Source: a virus (taxonomy: Duplodnaviria; Caudoviricetes). Taken from it: DNA of 52,237 nucleotides. Position numbers and translations under genes: made by a program. The number at the start of each line of letters is the position of its first letter. The first letter of the stretch is position 1. Positions 1-10,968 of this stretch are shown piece by piece. Below the pieces are notes generated by a model. That model saw only the letters and a list, made by a program, of their open reading frames with translations. It was not told where the DNA came from and made no database searches. The stretch spans positions 1-52,237 of IMG/VR virus record IMGVR_UViG_3300037184_000106; one strand, 5' to 3'.

Positions 1-1
1 A

Positions 2-913
2 ATAAAAGTCTCTAACCATCACTGGACAAGCATTGCCTGTCTTGCACAATCTACTTTAGCTGTTCGGAGTGATGGAACTCTTTGGGGATGGGGAGCAAAT
101 GAATCAGGGCAACTTGGATTGGGTGATGCTGCAACTAGTTCTATCATATATGTCCCAACTCAAGTAGGAAGTAATAGCAATTGGCTACAAGTATCGGTGG
201 GCGCATGTTCATTTGGTATTCAAGCTGATAATACGCTATGGGCTTGGGGTTATAACGATCAATCACAGACTGGAATAAATACTTCCGGATTAAATATTAC
301 GATCCCTACATTGGTTTCATCCAGTGTGTCAATATGGAGAAAACTTACCGGTGGGGGTGGAGCATCTTATGGAATTGCTGATGACGGTACTCTGTGGTCA
401 TGGGGAACAGGAAATAACTATCCAATACAAATGGTTGATTCAGGAAGTTGGAATGATGCTGCTGCCGGAGAAGATTATTTAATAGCAGTTAGTTCCAGTG
501 GACAGTTATGGGAATTCGTGAATCCCGGCCCCGGAATAAGTGGATCTCTTCGCGATTCTGGTTCGTGGATTTCATCGTATTGCGGTGGTTATGTTGCAGG
601 AGCAATAAAGTCTGACGGTACACTTTGGCTCCGTGGTCAAAATAGTTATGGAGAACTTGGACAAGGATATACATCAAGTTTCCATGACGAATTTCAGCAA
701 GTAGGAACAGGTTCTTGGACATATGTTGCTTGTGGATACGAAACATGTTTTGGAATACAGAATGATGGCACCGGTTGGGTATGGGGAAGGAATGGATCTG
801 GAGAATTAGGTATTGGCGACACAGTTGATCACTGGTCTCCCACGAAGATTGGCACTCAAGTTTGGTCTCAGACCTCTAATGGACAAGAATTCGGTGTAGC
901 AATTTTCTCGTAA
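2..913 (+). CDS. RCC1/BLIP-II-like beta-propeller repeat protein (5'-partial), probably virion-associated
   Basis: Frame is open from base 2 (IKVSNHHWTSIAC...DGTLWGWGANESGQLGLGD); repeated 'DGTLW.WG.N..G.LG.G' units throughout. Confidence 0.85.
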   Translation: MKVSNHHWTSIACLAQSTLAVRSDGTLWGWGANESGQLGLGDAATSSIIYVPTQVGSNSNWLQVSVGACSFGIQADNTLWAWGYNDQSQTGINTSGLNITIPTLVSSSVSIWRKLTGGGGASYGIADDGTLWSWGTGNNYPIQMVDSGSWNDAAAGEDYLIAVSSSGQLWEFVNPGPGISGSLRDSGSWISSYCGGYVAGAIKSDGTLWLRGQNSYGELGQGYTSSFHDEFQQVGTGSWTYVACGYETCFGIQNDGTGWVWGRNGSGELGIGDTVDHWSPTKIGTQVWSQTSNGQEFGVAIFS

Positions 914-940
914 TTCTATGAAAAGCAGGTACGATTTTTG

Positions 941-968
941 TTGACCGATCTGACATAGAGCATATACT
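941..968 (+). promoter_or_regulatory. sigma70-like promoter for primase operon
   Basis: TTGACC(941-946)-16 nt-TATACT(963-968); ATG 7 nt downstream, no SD. Confidence 0.65.
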
Positions 969-975
969 GCTCGAA

Positions 976-1950
976 ATGGGTCTTATTGCTCAGTCAAATT
1001 TAGTGGCTTTTCTGGAACGAATATTGAAGGAATCCGGTCGTATTCGAACCGGAAATAATTTTCAAGTACATTGTCCTTTCTGTCACTATCCCATAGAACG
1101 GAAACTTGAACTTTGTCTCGACCCTCCTTACTATTGGCACTGCTGGCACTGTGATGCTAAAGGAAGAGGATTTTATACTTTTTTAAAAAAACTTAATGCC
1201 TCTCATGATTTGTATGTTGAATTGGAGAGTATAGTCGGCAAACCAGTCAGCAATTTCATCAAGGTAGGAAATTCGTTTGATCCGTTTAATAGGACAGAAG
1301 AAGTTGTAGAAAAAGTTGAAGAATTACATTTACCAGTTGAATTTGCTAGTCTGATGAATGATGATGGATCTAGACAATATAATCAAGCATACAATTATGC
1401 AAAGAAACGTAAGATTACGCCAGCAGATGTTGTGAAATACAACATCGGATATTGTTCAAGTGGGCTCTATCAGGACCGACTAGTATTTCCCTCCTATAAT
1501 AAAGATAATAAACTGAATTTTTTCTCTGCTCGGAGTTATTATGACGACAGTTTTATGAAGTATCGCAACTGTGATGCTTCCAAGAATATCGTTGGATTTG
1601 AGAATCTCATAGATTTTGATTATCCAATTTATTTATGTGAGGGAGCGCTTGATGCTATTTCATTAAGAAGAAATGCTATACCACTGTTTGGCAAGACGAT
1701 AAGCGATGCTTTAAGAATAGCAATTGCAGGTAGTAACTGTCCAGAAGTTAATATAGTATTGGACGACGATGCTCTAAAAGCAGCATTGAATATTTCTGAA
1801 TTTCTAACTTCAATCGGGAAAACGACAAAACTAATTCGATTACAAGGAAAAGATCCGAATGTATTGGGTTTTGATAAGACTATGGAACAAATTCGAAATA
1901 CGGAAAAGCTTGACTTTATGCAGATAATGAGGTTAAGATTGAAGCTATGA
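976..1950 (+). CDS. DNA primase (zinc-binding domain + TOPRIM)
   Basis: CPFC...WHCWHC zinc finger, RLVFP, TOPRIM motifs LCEGALDA and VLDDDA, KDPN. Confidence 0.9.
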   Translation: MGLIAQSNLVAFLERILKESGRIRTGNNFQVHCPFCHYPIERKLELCLDPPYYWHCWHCDAKGRGFYTFLKKLNASHDLYVELESIVGKPVSNFIKVGNSFDPFNRTEEVVEKVEELHLPVEFASLMNDDGSRQYNQAYNYAKKRKITPADVVKYNIGYCSSGLYQDRLVFPSYNKDNKLNFFSARSYYDDSFMKYRNCDASKNIVGFENLIDFDYPIYLCEGALDAISLRRNAIPLFGKTISDALRIAIAGSNCPEVNIVLDDDALKAALNISEFLTSIGKTTKLIRLQGKDPNVLGFDKTMEQIRNTEKLDFMQIMRLRLKL

Positions 1951-2441
1951 TAACAATATTACAACCAAACGAAGTATATATATTTGGATCGAATTCTACG
2001 GGATTTCATGGCGCGGGTTCGGCAGGATTAGCGTGTAGAGGAGAAGCTAAGAATACATGGAGAACCGATCCTTGGTTTCTAAAAGCCATGAAGTCTCCAG
2101 TCGGTTCACCAGATAGAATTGGTAAATGGGCAGTGTATGGCATCGCCCGTGGTTATCAGGTTGGCCGAGAAGGAGCTTCTTATGCAATACAGACAATTGT
2201 ACGACCGGGGCAGAAATGTAGCACTCCTTTATCTGAAATTAAGGATCAATTAATTGAATTATCAGAGTTCGCTCGGGAACATAAAGAACGTCGATTCATT
2301 ATGACACCGGTTGGAACTGGTTTGGCCGGTTGGAAGAAATCGGAAATGAAAGAAATTTGGGATGATGTAGTTCATTATATGCCTTCGACGGTTATTTATC
2401 CCCTTGATTTGTATTCTAACGTAAACGTATTGGAAACATGA
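1947..2441 (+). CDS. A1S_2505-family / macrodomain-like phage protein
   Basis: EVYIFGSNxxGxHGAGSA, SYAIQT and TPVGTGLAG motifs. Confidence 0.7.
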   Translation: MITILQPNEVYIFGSNSTGFHGAGSAGLACRGEAKNTWRTDPWFLKAMKSPVGSPDRIGKWAVYGIARGYQVGREGASYAIQTIVRPGQKCSTPLSEIKDQLIELSEFAREHKERRFIMTPVGTGLAGWKKSEMKEIWDDVVHYMPSTVIYPLDLYSNVNVLET

Positions 2442-5400
2442 TAGACACATTCGAATTAATCGACATAGATCTTCCCGTAGTTTCTACGGTCATGCATCTT
2501 GCAGATATTCATATCCGCCTAACCGATAGACATGGAGAATGGCGCGAGGTTTTCTCTAAAGTATATGAAGATGCCAAGAAACTACCAGAGAGTAGTATTA
2601 TTACTGTTCTAGGCGATGTTCTCCATGGAAAAGTGGACCTGTCGCCAGAAGCCGTTGAACTTTCCAGTGAATTCTTAAAGAACTTGGCCGATATTCGTCA
2701 TACTATTCTCGTTCCCGGAAATCATGATTGTTTGCTTACGAATAAAACGAGACTGGATAGTTTATCCCCAATCGTAAACAATCTAAATCATAAAAAGTTA
2801 CACTATCTTAAGAAGTCTGGACTATACGGAGTAGGTAATATATTGTTTAATAATATGAGCGTCTTTAATGACGTTACCAAATATCTGGACATAAGGAATA
2901 TATCTAAGAAGATTCAAAATACATTTGATTGTAAAGTTGCATTGTTCCATGGTGGGGTGCATGGATCATTAACCGACCTCGGATATTTGATCGAGAATAA
3001 GTTAGTACCAAGAGACTTCTTTGATGGCCACGACATAGTGATGCTGGGTGATATCCACAAAGCTCAAACATTCTTCATAGAAAAGACTATTCCAATAGAA
3101 GAGGTGGAAGAATATAAGCAGTTTAGTGGATGGGAAGTTACTGATATAGAAGTCGGTGTAAGTGCCAGAGCAACTAAAAAACAACCAATCTTCCGTTATC
3201 CCGGTTCGCTTGTAATGCAAAACCACGGCGAGTCTATAACTGGCCATGGTTACTCATTATGGAATATAAAAAATAGAACGTTCGAACATATTGAGATACC
3301 TAATGATCATGGTCATTTTACTATCAATATTGACGGAGGTAAATTGGTAACTGATATCACAAACATGCCTTCTAAGCCAAGGTTACGAGTTCAATATACG
3401 AACAGTGTGGCTACAGAAGTGAAGAAAATTGTAGCTGATGTTAAGGAAGATCGAACATTAGACGATTTAATCTATCTCAGAATGGATGGTGAGAACATTC
3501 AAGATAATATCACCGTAAAAAAAGTAAATAGTTTAAATTCTATTAGTGATGTAGAATATCAAAACAAACTTATCGAGGAATTTCTGAAAAAGAAATATCC
3601 TATGATGGATAACGATACATTAGAGGAAGTCTATAAGATCAGTAAAACTACAAACGAGAGTGTGGGTAAAGATGATAATAGCAGAAATATCCGCTGGAAA
3701 CCCATTAGGTTTGAGTTCTCGAATATGTTTTCATATGGTGAGAGTAACATAGTTGATTTTACCAAATTAAGTGACGTATATGGTCTATTCGCCGCGAACG
3801 CATCGGGCAAATCTTCGTTGATGGATGCACTCTGCTTTATCATTTTCGATAAGTCCGCTCGGGCATTCAAAGCAGCACACGTGATCAACACTCAAAAATC
3901 ATCGTTCTCGGGAAAATTTACGTTTGAAATTAATAGTGTCAAGTACGTCATTGAGAGAGACGGAATTAAAGATAAGAAGAATAACGTAAAAGTGAATGTA
4001 AAGTTCTATAAACTAGATGGAGATAAACAAGTATCTCTGAACGAGGAGGAACGTCGAAGTACCAATGAAGTCATTCGTAATTATCTTGGTTCATACGACG
4101 ATTTCATTTTAACATCCCTCGCCATTCAAGGAAATCAGGGCTCAATCATCGATGAAGGTCAGACAGAATTAAAGGAATTACTGGCTAAGTTTATTGGATT
4201 GACACTATTTGATCGATTGGTAAAGGAAGCAAGTGATAAAGTCAAGGAAACTGCCGGGGCGATTAAGGTGTTCAATAAGGAAGACAATGCCAAGAAGATT
4301 ATAGATATGACGGCAGAGATTCCGGTACTAGAAGAGAAACTCGTTTGGTTAAACGAAGAAAAAGAGAAGTTATCCAACGGAGTGAAAGAATTGGAACAAT
4401 TTATCGTTCATAATAATTCATTAGTTGTTAAACTCGAAAACGTTCCTGAGGATCTTGGACCGCTTATACAACAAAAGAAAAGTATACAAGAAAAAATTCA
4501 ATTGTATAAAGATAGGCAGCAAATAGCGGAAAAAGAAATATCATCAATTAGTGTTTTGATAGAATCATATGATAAAGAGCTAACATCTTATGACATTCCA
4601 GAACTTTTGAAAAAACACGAAATATACGTCAAGCTAGGTGAACAATATAGTAAACTTTCTAGAGAAATGGATCGTTATCGTATTATAATAGAAGAAAAAC
4701 TCAAAAAATTGGCTCATCTTGATGAACACAAGTATGACCCAAACTGTCCGTATTGTATGAACAATGTTTTTGTAAAGGATGCGATCACCACTCGTGAAGA
4801 GTTAAAAAGTGATAAGACATCCGTATCGACTCTACGTGCCTCTATACAGGACGTAGATGAGAAGATGAAAGAATTGGAGAAAGGATCGTTGGACTACAAA
4901 TATTCACTCTCTATAACACAAAAAAGAAATCCACTCGCCGCCAAGAGATCTAGAATGGAATTGGCAGCTATCAGTTACATAGACGAGGTTTCCAATAATC
5001 AGAATAGATTAAAAATAGTCGATGAACAAATTGAACTCTATGAAAGATCTAAAGAAGTGATAGAAAAAAATCATGCAATTGAACGAGGAAATGACGAAAT
5101 AAGAAAGAAGCTGTTTACTACCAATTATGAGTTGAAGACTGTTACGTCTAAATACATGGAAATCTATGGTAGGAAAATATCATTAGTTGACCGTATTTCC
5201 TTATTGAAATCACAGTCCGAAAAAATAGAGAATCTTGAGCATGAGCATGCCGCATATGAATATTATTTAGACGCGGTTGGTCGAGATGGAATTCCTTATC
5301 ATATCATTTCAGATGTTATTCCTCAAATTGAACAAGAGGTAAACAATATTCTGTATCAAATAGTTGAATTCGGGGTAGCTATCGAGACTGATGGAAAGAA

Positions 5401-5728
5401 CGTAAATATATTTATAAAGTACGAAGATCGTAAATGGCCATTGAAAATGTCATCTGGAATGGAAAAATTTATTTGTGCATTAGCACTTCGGGTCGCGTTA
5501 ATAAATATAAGCAATCTTCCAAGACCAAATTTCCTTGTTATTGACGAAGGCTGGGGAGCACTTGATGCAAATAATATGGCTATGGTTCATGCATTGTTTG
5601 ATTACCTTAAGAGTAGTTTTGATTTCATTATCGTAATAAGCCACTTAGATGCAATGCGTGACATGGTGGATAAACAATTAGAGATTAGGAAGGAAAACGG
5701 ATTCTCTAAGATCGATAATACTGCTTGA
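2438..5728 (+). CDS. Fused SbcD/Mre11 nuclease - SbcC/Rad50 ATPase (T4 gp47-gp46-like recombination nuclease)
   Basis: Phosphoesterase motifs ADIH, GDVLH, GNHD, FHG, GDIH; Walker A AANASGKSS; coiled coil with CPYC zinc hook; signature SGME; Walker B FLVIDEG; IISH. Confidence 0.92.
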   Translation: MIDTFELIDIDLPVVSTVMHLADIHIRLTDRHGEWREVFSKVYEDAKKLPESSIITVLGDVLHGKVDLSPEAVELSSEFLKNLADIRHTILVPGNHDCLLTNKTRLDSLSPIVNNLNHKKLHYLKKSGLYGVGNILFNNMSVFNDVTKYLDIRNISKKIQNTFDCKVALFHGGVHGSLTDLGYLIENKLVPRDFFDGHDIVMLGDIHKAQTFFIEKTIPIEEVEEYKQFSGWEVTDIEVGVSARATKKQPIFRYPGSLVMQNHGESITGHGYSLWNIKNRTFEHIEIPNDHGHFTINIDGGKLVTDITNMPSKPRLRVQYTNSVATEVKKIVADVKEDRTLDDLIYLRMDGENIQDNITVKKVNSLNSISDVEYQNKLIEEFLKKKYPMMDNDTLEEVYKISKTTNESVGKDDNSRNIRWKPIRFEFSNMFSYGESNIVDFTKLSDVYGLFAANASGKSSLMDALCFIIFDKSARAFKAAHVINTQKSSFSGKFTFEINSVKYVIERDGIKDKKNNVKVNVKFYKLDGDKQVSLNEEERRSTNEVIRNYLGSYDDFILTSLAIQGNQGSIIDEGQTELKELLAKFIGLTLFDRLVKEASDKVKETAGAIKVFNKEDNAKKIIDMTAEIPVLEEKLVWLNEEKEKLSNGVKELEQFIVHNNSLVVKLENVPEDLGPLIQQKKSIQEKIQLYKDRQQIAEKEISSISVLIESYDKELTSYDIPELLKKHEIYVKLGEQYSKLSREMDRYRIIIEEKLKKLAHLDEHKYDPNCPYCMNNVFVKDAITTREELKSDKTSVSTLRASIQDVDEKMKELEKGSLDYKYSLSITQKRNPLAAKRSRMELAAISYIDEVSNNQNRLKIVDEQIELYERSKEVIEKNHAIERGNDEIRKKLFTTNYELKTVTSKYMEIYGRKISLVDRISLLKSQSEKIENLEHEHAAYEYYLDAVGRDGIPYHIISDVIPQIEQEVNNILYQIVEFGVAIETDGKNVNIFIKYEDRKWPLKMSSGMEKFICALALRVALINISNLPRPNFLVIDEGWGALDANNMAMVHALFDYLKSSFDFIIVISHLDAMRDMVDKQLEIRKENGFSKIDNTA

Positions 5729-5757
5729 TTCATATTTATACCATAGTTATAAGAACT

Positions 5758-8151
5758 ATGGCGCAGATATTAGACAACGATCCAAATTCAAACGATTTTT
5801 TTTACATAACCGGACTTTCAGACGTGTTCGGGGGTGGAAAGAATTCGTTTATGATTAATACTACCCCGAGAGTGGTGGCGGGAGAAGGTGTTTCCGTGAG
5901 CGTAAAGGATATAAATGGAAACCCTCTTCCAACTAACATCGCAATGCCGTATAATTCAAAATACGGAGGAAAAACGGTAACAGGGACGATTTATGTCACA
6001 GACATATCTCCATCAGTTAAAACAGGTATTGGAACCATAACGATAACTGCCACTGGCCTTGATTCAGACAATACTCAACAACCACTCACATGGACCAGAA
6101 ATATCTTAATAGATCCTAATAGAAACACAGAAACACAGGTAAGTTTTTTTAACTTACCCTATATCAATATAGTTCCAGAGATTTACATGTCAGCACGATA
6201 CCCGAGTGGATCATATGTATTTGGATCTGGATCATTCTATTCAACAGCAATTTCTCCTAAAAATAATTATAGTGGAGATTACGACGCACAATTTACTCCG
6301 ACCGTATATCAAGTTTATCTTACATCTGGAACTGCGTTTTCATCTTCGATGCAAGGCGAAAAAATTAGACTAAAAAACGTATCTGTAAAAAGTTTCACTT
6401 ATACCAATAATGCAAACAATGCATTAACATTTGCCGGTTCTCTTAATACGGATTTTATTGCCACAGTAAAACAGATTATTAATGAAAATACTTTATTGTT
6501 GGACGTTCCGTTCAGTACGGTGTCAAATGTAATAACCACTATAAATCAAAATTCTGAATATGCCAGAAATGATTTAGTTTCTATCGAAGGATATATTGTT
6601 AATAACGATCCATCAAAACAATCAGTTAATTATAAGAAGAATTTTTACATTCTTAGTCTAACCAGCGGAGAGTTTGAAATAATTTATAAAAGCGTTCCCG
6701 ACTTAGTTACAACAGAGACAGGTTCTGCTAAGTCATTACTTAATATTGAATTTAGGAATATTAGAGTAATGGGAGGTAATCTAGATACATACAAAATATT
6801 CGGAAAAAGTTTGAGTGTTCCTCAATCAAGAGTATTATTAGCAGAAGGGGATGTTTCTGCTAACGAGACAATAATATCCACAAATTTTAACAATGGATAT
6901 AAGAATCTACCGGGAGTATTTTATTCATCCGGCCACCTTAGCAGATTTTGGTTAACAAGTAGTAACGATATAACGTTCAAGCAAGATAATTCTATTTTGA
7001 TCAATGGTTCATATCTGTCTTCTTCCAATACAAATGAATCTGATTATGTTATCTTCAAAGACGATTCTATTGAATCTAGTAGAACGAGCGATTATATAAG
7101 TGCAAATATGATCACAAGTTCATATTGGTACGGAGAAAGTCAGGCATTTGGAAATTCATCTGTATATCCTAGTGCTTCTTATCCGAATGCAGTTATTTTA
7201 TCTCCACTGACTCAATTTACAGAATCTCAAGAAAACATTCTTAGCGGGAAATTTCACAACAGTAATCCAGTGAAACTGTGTGGAAACTGCCTGTATAATT
7301 TTACTATGCTTGTCAGGGCGGATACAAAGAATAGAACTAATTCTAAGCTTAATGTTTATTTTGTTAACGGAACCGATCAAACTCAAATTGGTGTAATAGA
7401 TTCATCCTTTAAATTTGGTGCCAATCAATTATACAGTAGTAGCTTTTTTGTTCCAAATACAAGATATGGAACTATTAAACTGGTTCCTTCCGTTGGTGCT
7501 TGGTATCTCGCAGATATCTCAATCAAACCTTATCAAAGTAAAGCATATTCAATTGATTGTTTTTCAATAAAGGTTCCAATTCAGAACTCGGTTCCCAATG
7601 AATTATTTGAAATTGAAGCAGAGTTATATGATGGTTCTGGGAGACTGTGTTACGGAATGGGATCATATACATTCGAAAACAATGTTCTTTATGCTCCGTT
7701 ACTAAAACAAGTATATGTTGACGTTGAAGGAAGGACTAATCTAGCAATTATATCAGATGGAACTGTTTCTTCTTCCATACAAACTATTAACTATTTACAG
7801 GGGTCAAATATTTACTCCAGTTCAGCTCAATTAGATGGCTATCTTATTACGACTGCAAGTTATTCAAGCGGAAGTTCTATAGTAGTTACCTCTAATGGAT
7901 TCTCTTCTTCGTTTTTTTCAGCAAATACGGTACGAACAGGAACTGCATCTTTCGTGGGAGGTTCAGCTTCAATATCCGATCCATATACTTTATATTCTAC
8001 AATAATAGAAATATCGTATATGCATCCAAGCGGAAGTTCTATAGGAGCCGCATATCTGTTTTCTAAAACAAGTGGAAGTGGATTCGTGTTAAAGAGTACG
8101 GCTGGTTCATCCGATATATCTACTGTCTTTTATCGATCTTTCGAATTATAA
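5758..8151 (+). CDS. Large Ser/Thr-rich beta-structured protein, probably virion structural
   Basis: Start moved to ATG 5758 downstream of TATTTATA (5733-5740); shares a C-terminal SSSAQL module with 30787-32274. Confidence 0.55.
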   Translation: MAQILDNDPNSNDFFYITGLSDVFGGGKNSFMINTTPRVVAGEGVSVSVKDINGNPLPTNIAMPYNSKYGGKTVTGTIYVTDISPSVKTGIGTITITATGLDSDNTQQPLTWTRNILIDPNRNTETQVSFFNLPYINIVPEIYMSARYPSGSYVFGSGSFYSTAISPKNNYSGDYDAQFTPTVYQVYLTSGTAFSSSMQGEKIRLKNVSVKSFTYTNNANNALTFAGSLNTDFIATVKQIINENTLLLDVPFSTVSNVITTINQNSEYARNDLVSIEGYIVNNDPSKQSVNYKKNFYILSLTSGEFEIIYKSVPDLVTTETGSAKSLLNIEFRNIRVMGGNLDTYKIFGKSLSVPQSRVLLAEGDVSANETIISTNFNNGYKNLPGVFYSSGHLSRFWLTSSNDITFKQDNSILINGSYLSSSNTNESDYVIFKDDSIESSRTSDYISANMITSSYWYGESQAFGNSSVYPSASYPNAVILSPLTQFTESQENILSGKFHNSNPVKLCGNCLYNFTMLVRADTKNRTNSKLNVYFVNGTDQTQIGVIDSSFKFGANQLYSSSFFVPNTRYGTIKLVPSVGAWYLADISIKPYQSKAYSIDCFSIKVPIQNSVPNELFEIEAELYDGSGRLCYGMGSYTFENNVLYAPLLKQVYVDVEGRTNLAIISDGTVSSSIQTINYLQGSNIYSSSAQLDGYLITTASYSSGSSIVVTSNGFSSSFFSANTVRTGTASFVGGSASISDPYTLYSTIIEISYMHPSGSSIGAAYLFSKTSGSGFVLKSTAGSSDISTVFYRSFEL

Positions 8152-8191
8152 TAAGTAGATAAGTGGTGATTTTCGATTTTACTCTATATAT

Positions 8192-8872
8192 ATGAGTACA
8201 AGACTCGTATATATGAAGAAAAATATTGAAATCGTAAAAGATTATCTTGCAGGAAATCGTCCAATAACTCAATTTGGTTATACCGGTGATGAAAAATATA
8301 TCATTAGAAAAGAGGGAGAAACGTGGATCGATAAAAAAGGAAAACAGTGGATTCAGAAAGAATACGGCCCACAGACCGTAACAAAAGTAATCGACATTGT
8401 TCGAGAACTTTCAAATCAACGCTGTTCTAAATGTAATAGAGAAATTAGATGGGGTTCTCGACAAGACGAGAAGATTCACGCAAAGACTGGTATGTGTCTT
8501 GATTGTCTAGCTGAAGAAGAAACAATGTTAAGAATTACCGGACAATACAAAAATTATGAGAAAAAGAGGGTTCTATCAAATGAACTAGCATGGTTGATGG
8601 ATACAAAACAAAGATTATCCGAAGCCAAGGATTATGTTACGGAACACAAGACGTTCACATATATGAATTCGAATGGAACGACTGAAGAATGGGTCAATGA
8701 AGCTCGTGATGATGTACTAAAAAATCTTCAGAAGGACTTTATTCATTGCCTTAAAGAAATAAACAGAGTTGAAACCGAATTAAAGACGGTGATTGCTGAG
8801 ATGGAAAAGAATAAATCTGTGAAACCAGAAGAAGTTAAAAATGAATCTGACCGACAACTTGCCCCAGCATGA
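8192..8872 (+). CDS. Hypothetical protein with CxxC...CxxC zinc motif and coiled coil, upstream of terminase
   Basis: CSKC and CLDC motifs; 226-aa ORF. Confidence 0.6.
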   Translation: MSTRLVYMKKNIEIVKDYLAGNRPITQFGYTGDEKYIIRKEGETWIDKKGKQWIQKEYGPQTVTKVIDIVRELSNQRCSKCNREIRWGSRQDEKIHAKTGMCLDCLAEEETMLRITGQYKNYEKKRVLSNELAWLMDTKQRLSEAKDYVTEHKTFTYMNSNGTTEEWVNEARDDVLKNLQKDFIHCLKEINRVETELKTVIAEMEKNKSVKPEEVKNESDRQLAPA

Positions 8873-9236
8873 GTATATTTTAGCTATTGCGGAACGAGTG
8901 AGTCATCGATATCCTTCTGCAAACGGCCAGTGCGAATTCATGGCAAATGATTTAGTAAAAGAACTTAAAAAGATAGGCGTTCGATCTAATCATGTAATAG
9001 GAAACTTTCATCTAGATGAACCCGCTGCATTTGAATATGTGAGTGAAGAAGACGAAAATAATAAGGACGATTATGTTGTCAATCATGATTGGGTGAATGT
9101 TGAAGGGAAAATTCTTGATATTTCAGCCAAACAATTTAGAAAATATGTAACAGATCCAATTCCCGATATAGTGTTTATCGGATGTGAAGATCCGTTATCC
9201 AACCATTATGAGGAACTAAGTCATGCCACCCAATAA
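8841..9236 (+). CDS. Small transglutaminase/papain-like protein (YunG-like Cys-His-Asp)
   Basis: GQC...NHDW...GKILDISAKQF pattern. Confidence 0.55.
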   Translation: MNLTDNLPQHEYILAIAERVSHRYPSANGQCEFMANDLVKELKKIGVRSNHVIGNFHLDEPAAFEYVSEEDENNKDDYVVNHDWVNVEGKILDISAKQFRKYVTDPIPDIVFIGCEDPLSNHYEELSHATQ

Positions 9237-10917
9237 TACTACATCTACTTTAAACATAAAAGACGTTATCCGATCTGAGTACGCGAAGTGTGTTAAAGAT
9301 CCCGTTTATTTTATGAAAAAATATGTGAAGATTCAGCATCCGATGCGAGGAACCATTCCATTTACAACTTATGCTTTTCAAGATAAGACTCTTTCCGAAT
9401 TCATGAAGCATCGGAATAATATTGTGCTTAAGTCGAGGCAAATGGGTATTACAACATTAGTCGCAGCATATTCTCTTTGGTTAATGATCTTTCATAGTGA
9501 CAAAGATATACTCTCCTTATCTATTACACAAGAAACGTCGAAAGCGATTGTAACTAAAGTTAGATTTGCAAACGACAACTTACCGGGATGGTTAAAAGTT
9601 CCTGCTATTGAAGATAATCGTCTATCACTAAAATTGAAAAATGGATCGATGATAAGGGCAGTATCTTCTGCCAGTACATCTGGTAGATCGTCAGCTCTGT
9701 CACTTCTAATTCTGGACGAAGCTGCATTCATAGAAGATGCTGGAGGTATCTGGTTGTCATCTCAATCAGCATTATCTACTGGTGGTAAGGCTATTATCCT
9801 TTCAACTCCGAATGGAGTAGGGAATTTCTTTCATAAAATGTGGTTGGAAGCTGAAGAAGGATCTGGACCAGATAATTTTAATCGAATTACACTCCCTTGG
9901 TATTTAAATCCAGAACCAGATCGTGGACAGGCTTGGAGAGACGGCCAAGAAAAATTACTTGGTGCAAAAGGTGCAGCACAAGAATGTGATTGTGTATTCA
10001 GTACGTCGGGTAATACTGTTATTGAAATTCCAATATTGGAATGGTATGAGAGTAAAGAACGCGGAGGAACACAAGTAAGAGATCCTATTGAAAATAGATA
10101 TATTGATCGTGGATTATGGATTTATGAATATGCTCAAGCAGGTAGAAGTTATATGGTAGCTGCTGACGTTGGCCGTGGAGATTCTACTGACTTTTCTGCT
10201 GCTCAAGTAATAGATATAGAATCTCTTGAGCAAGTTGCAGAGTATATGGGAAAAATACCAACAAAAGATTTCGCTCGGCTTCTCATGACATTGGCAACCG
10301 AATACAATAATGGCTTGTTAGTTATAGAAAATGCTAACGTGGGATGGGCAGTTCTACAGGAAGTAATCGATAAAAGTTATCCAAATTTGTTTTATAGTTC
10401 AGCTGATATGCAATATGTGGATGCAGAATTACAGATGACAAATAAAATAAATTCGCTTGAGAAGAAGTTGGTTCCGGGGTTTACTACATCTAGTAAGTCT
10501 AGGCCACTGCTTATTTCTAAACTTGAAAGCTATTTTAGGAACAAAGAAGTCATTGTCCACTCCAGTAGATTGATCGGTGAGCTAAAAGTCTTTATTTGGC
10601 ACGCAACCGGCACCAGTAGTAGTAAAGCTGAAGCAATGAAGGGTTATAATGATGATCTTGTAATGGCCATGGCGATTGGACTCTGGATCAGGGATACTGC
10701 TTTGAGATTGAGATCTGAATCGGATGTTGTGGTCAAGGCAATCATTGACAGAATAGGAAGCTCTGCTACCGCTACCGATAAAGAAAAGATGCGTCCATTA
10801 TTAGTTCCCGGCGCTCATAATCCTTACGGGATTTATGACGATCCATGGAAGATGAAGATGGGCAATTATGGAGAAGAAGACCTTCGGTGGCTAATTAATG
10901 CACCAGCACGAAAATAA
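9223..10917 (+). CDS. terL: Terminase large subunit (T4 gp17-like)
   Basis: LKSRQMGITT Walker A, LLILDEAAF Walker B, STPNG, nuclease motifs ADVGRGDSTDFS and NDDLVMA. Confidence 0.95.
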   Translation: MPPNNTTSTLNIKDVIRSEYAKCVKDPVYFMKKYVKIQHPMRGTIPFTTYAFQDKTLSEFMKHRNNIVLKSRQMGITTLVAAYSLWLMIFHSDKDILSLSITQETSKAIVTKVRFANDNLPGWLKVPAIEDNRLSLKLKNGSMIRAVSSASTSGRSSALSLLILDEAAFIEDAGGIWLSSQSALSTGGKAIILSTPNGVGNFFHKMWLEAEEGSGPDNFNRITLPWYLNPEPDRGQAWRDGQEKLLGAKGAAQECDCVFSTSGNTVIEIPILEWYESKERGGTQVRDPIENRYIDRGLWIYEYAQAGRSYMVAADVGRGDSTDFSAAQVIDIESLEQVAEYMGKIPTKDFARLLMTLATEYNNGLLVIENANVGWAVLQEVIDKSYPNLFYSSADMQYVDAELQMTNKINSLEKKLVPGFTTSSKSRPLLISKLESYFRNKEVIVHSSRLIGELKVFIWHATGTSSSKAEAMKGYNDDLVMAMAIGLWIRDTALRLRSESDVVVKAIIDRIGSSATATDKEKMRPLLVPGAHNPYGIYDDPWKMKMGNYGEEDLRWLINAPARK

Positions 10918-10968
10918 CAACCGAATATTGAGAGAAACTCATATTTATATTTAGTAACTCATACATAT

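Noticed and set aside
5409-5416. TATTTATA copy inside the SbcCD gene
   Set aside because: Intragenic with no nearby start; compatible with chance in AT-rich coding DNA
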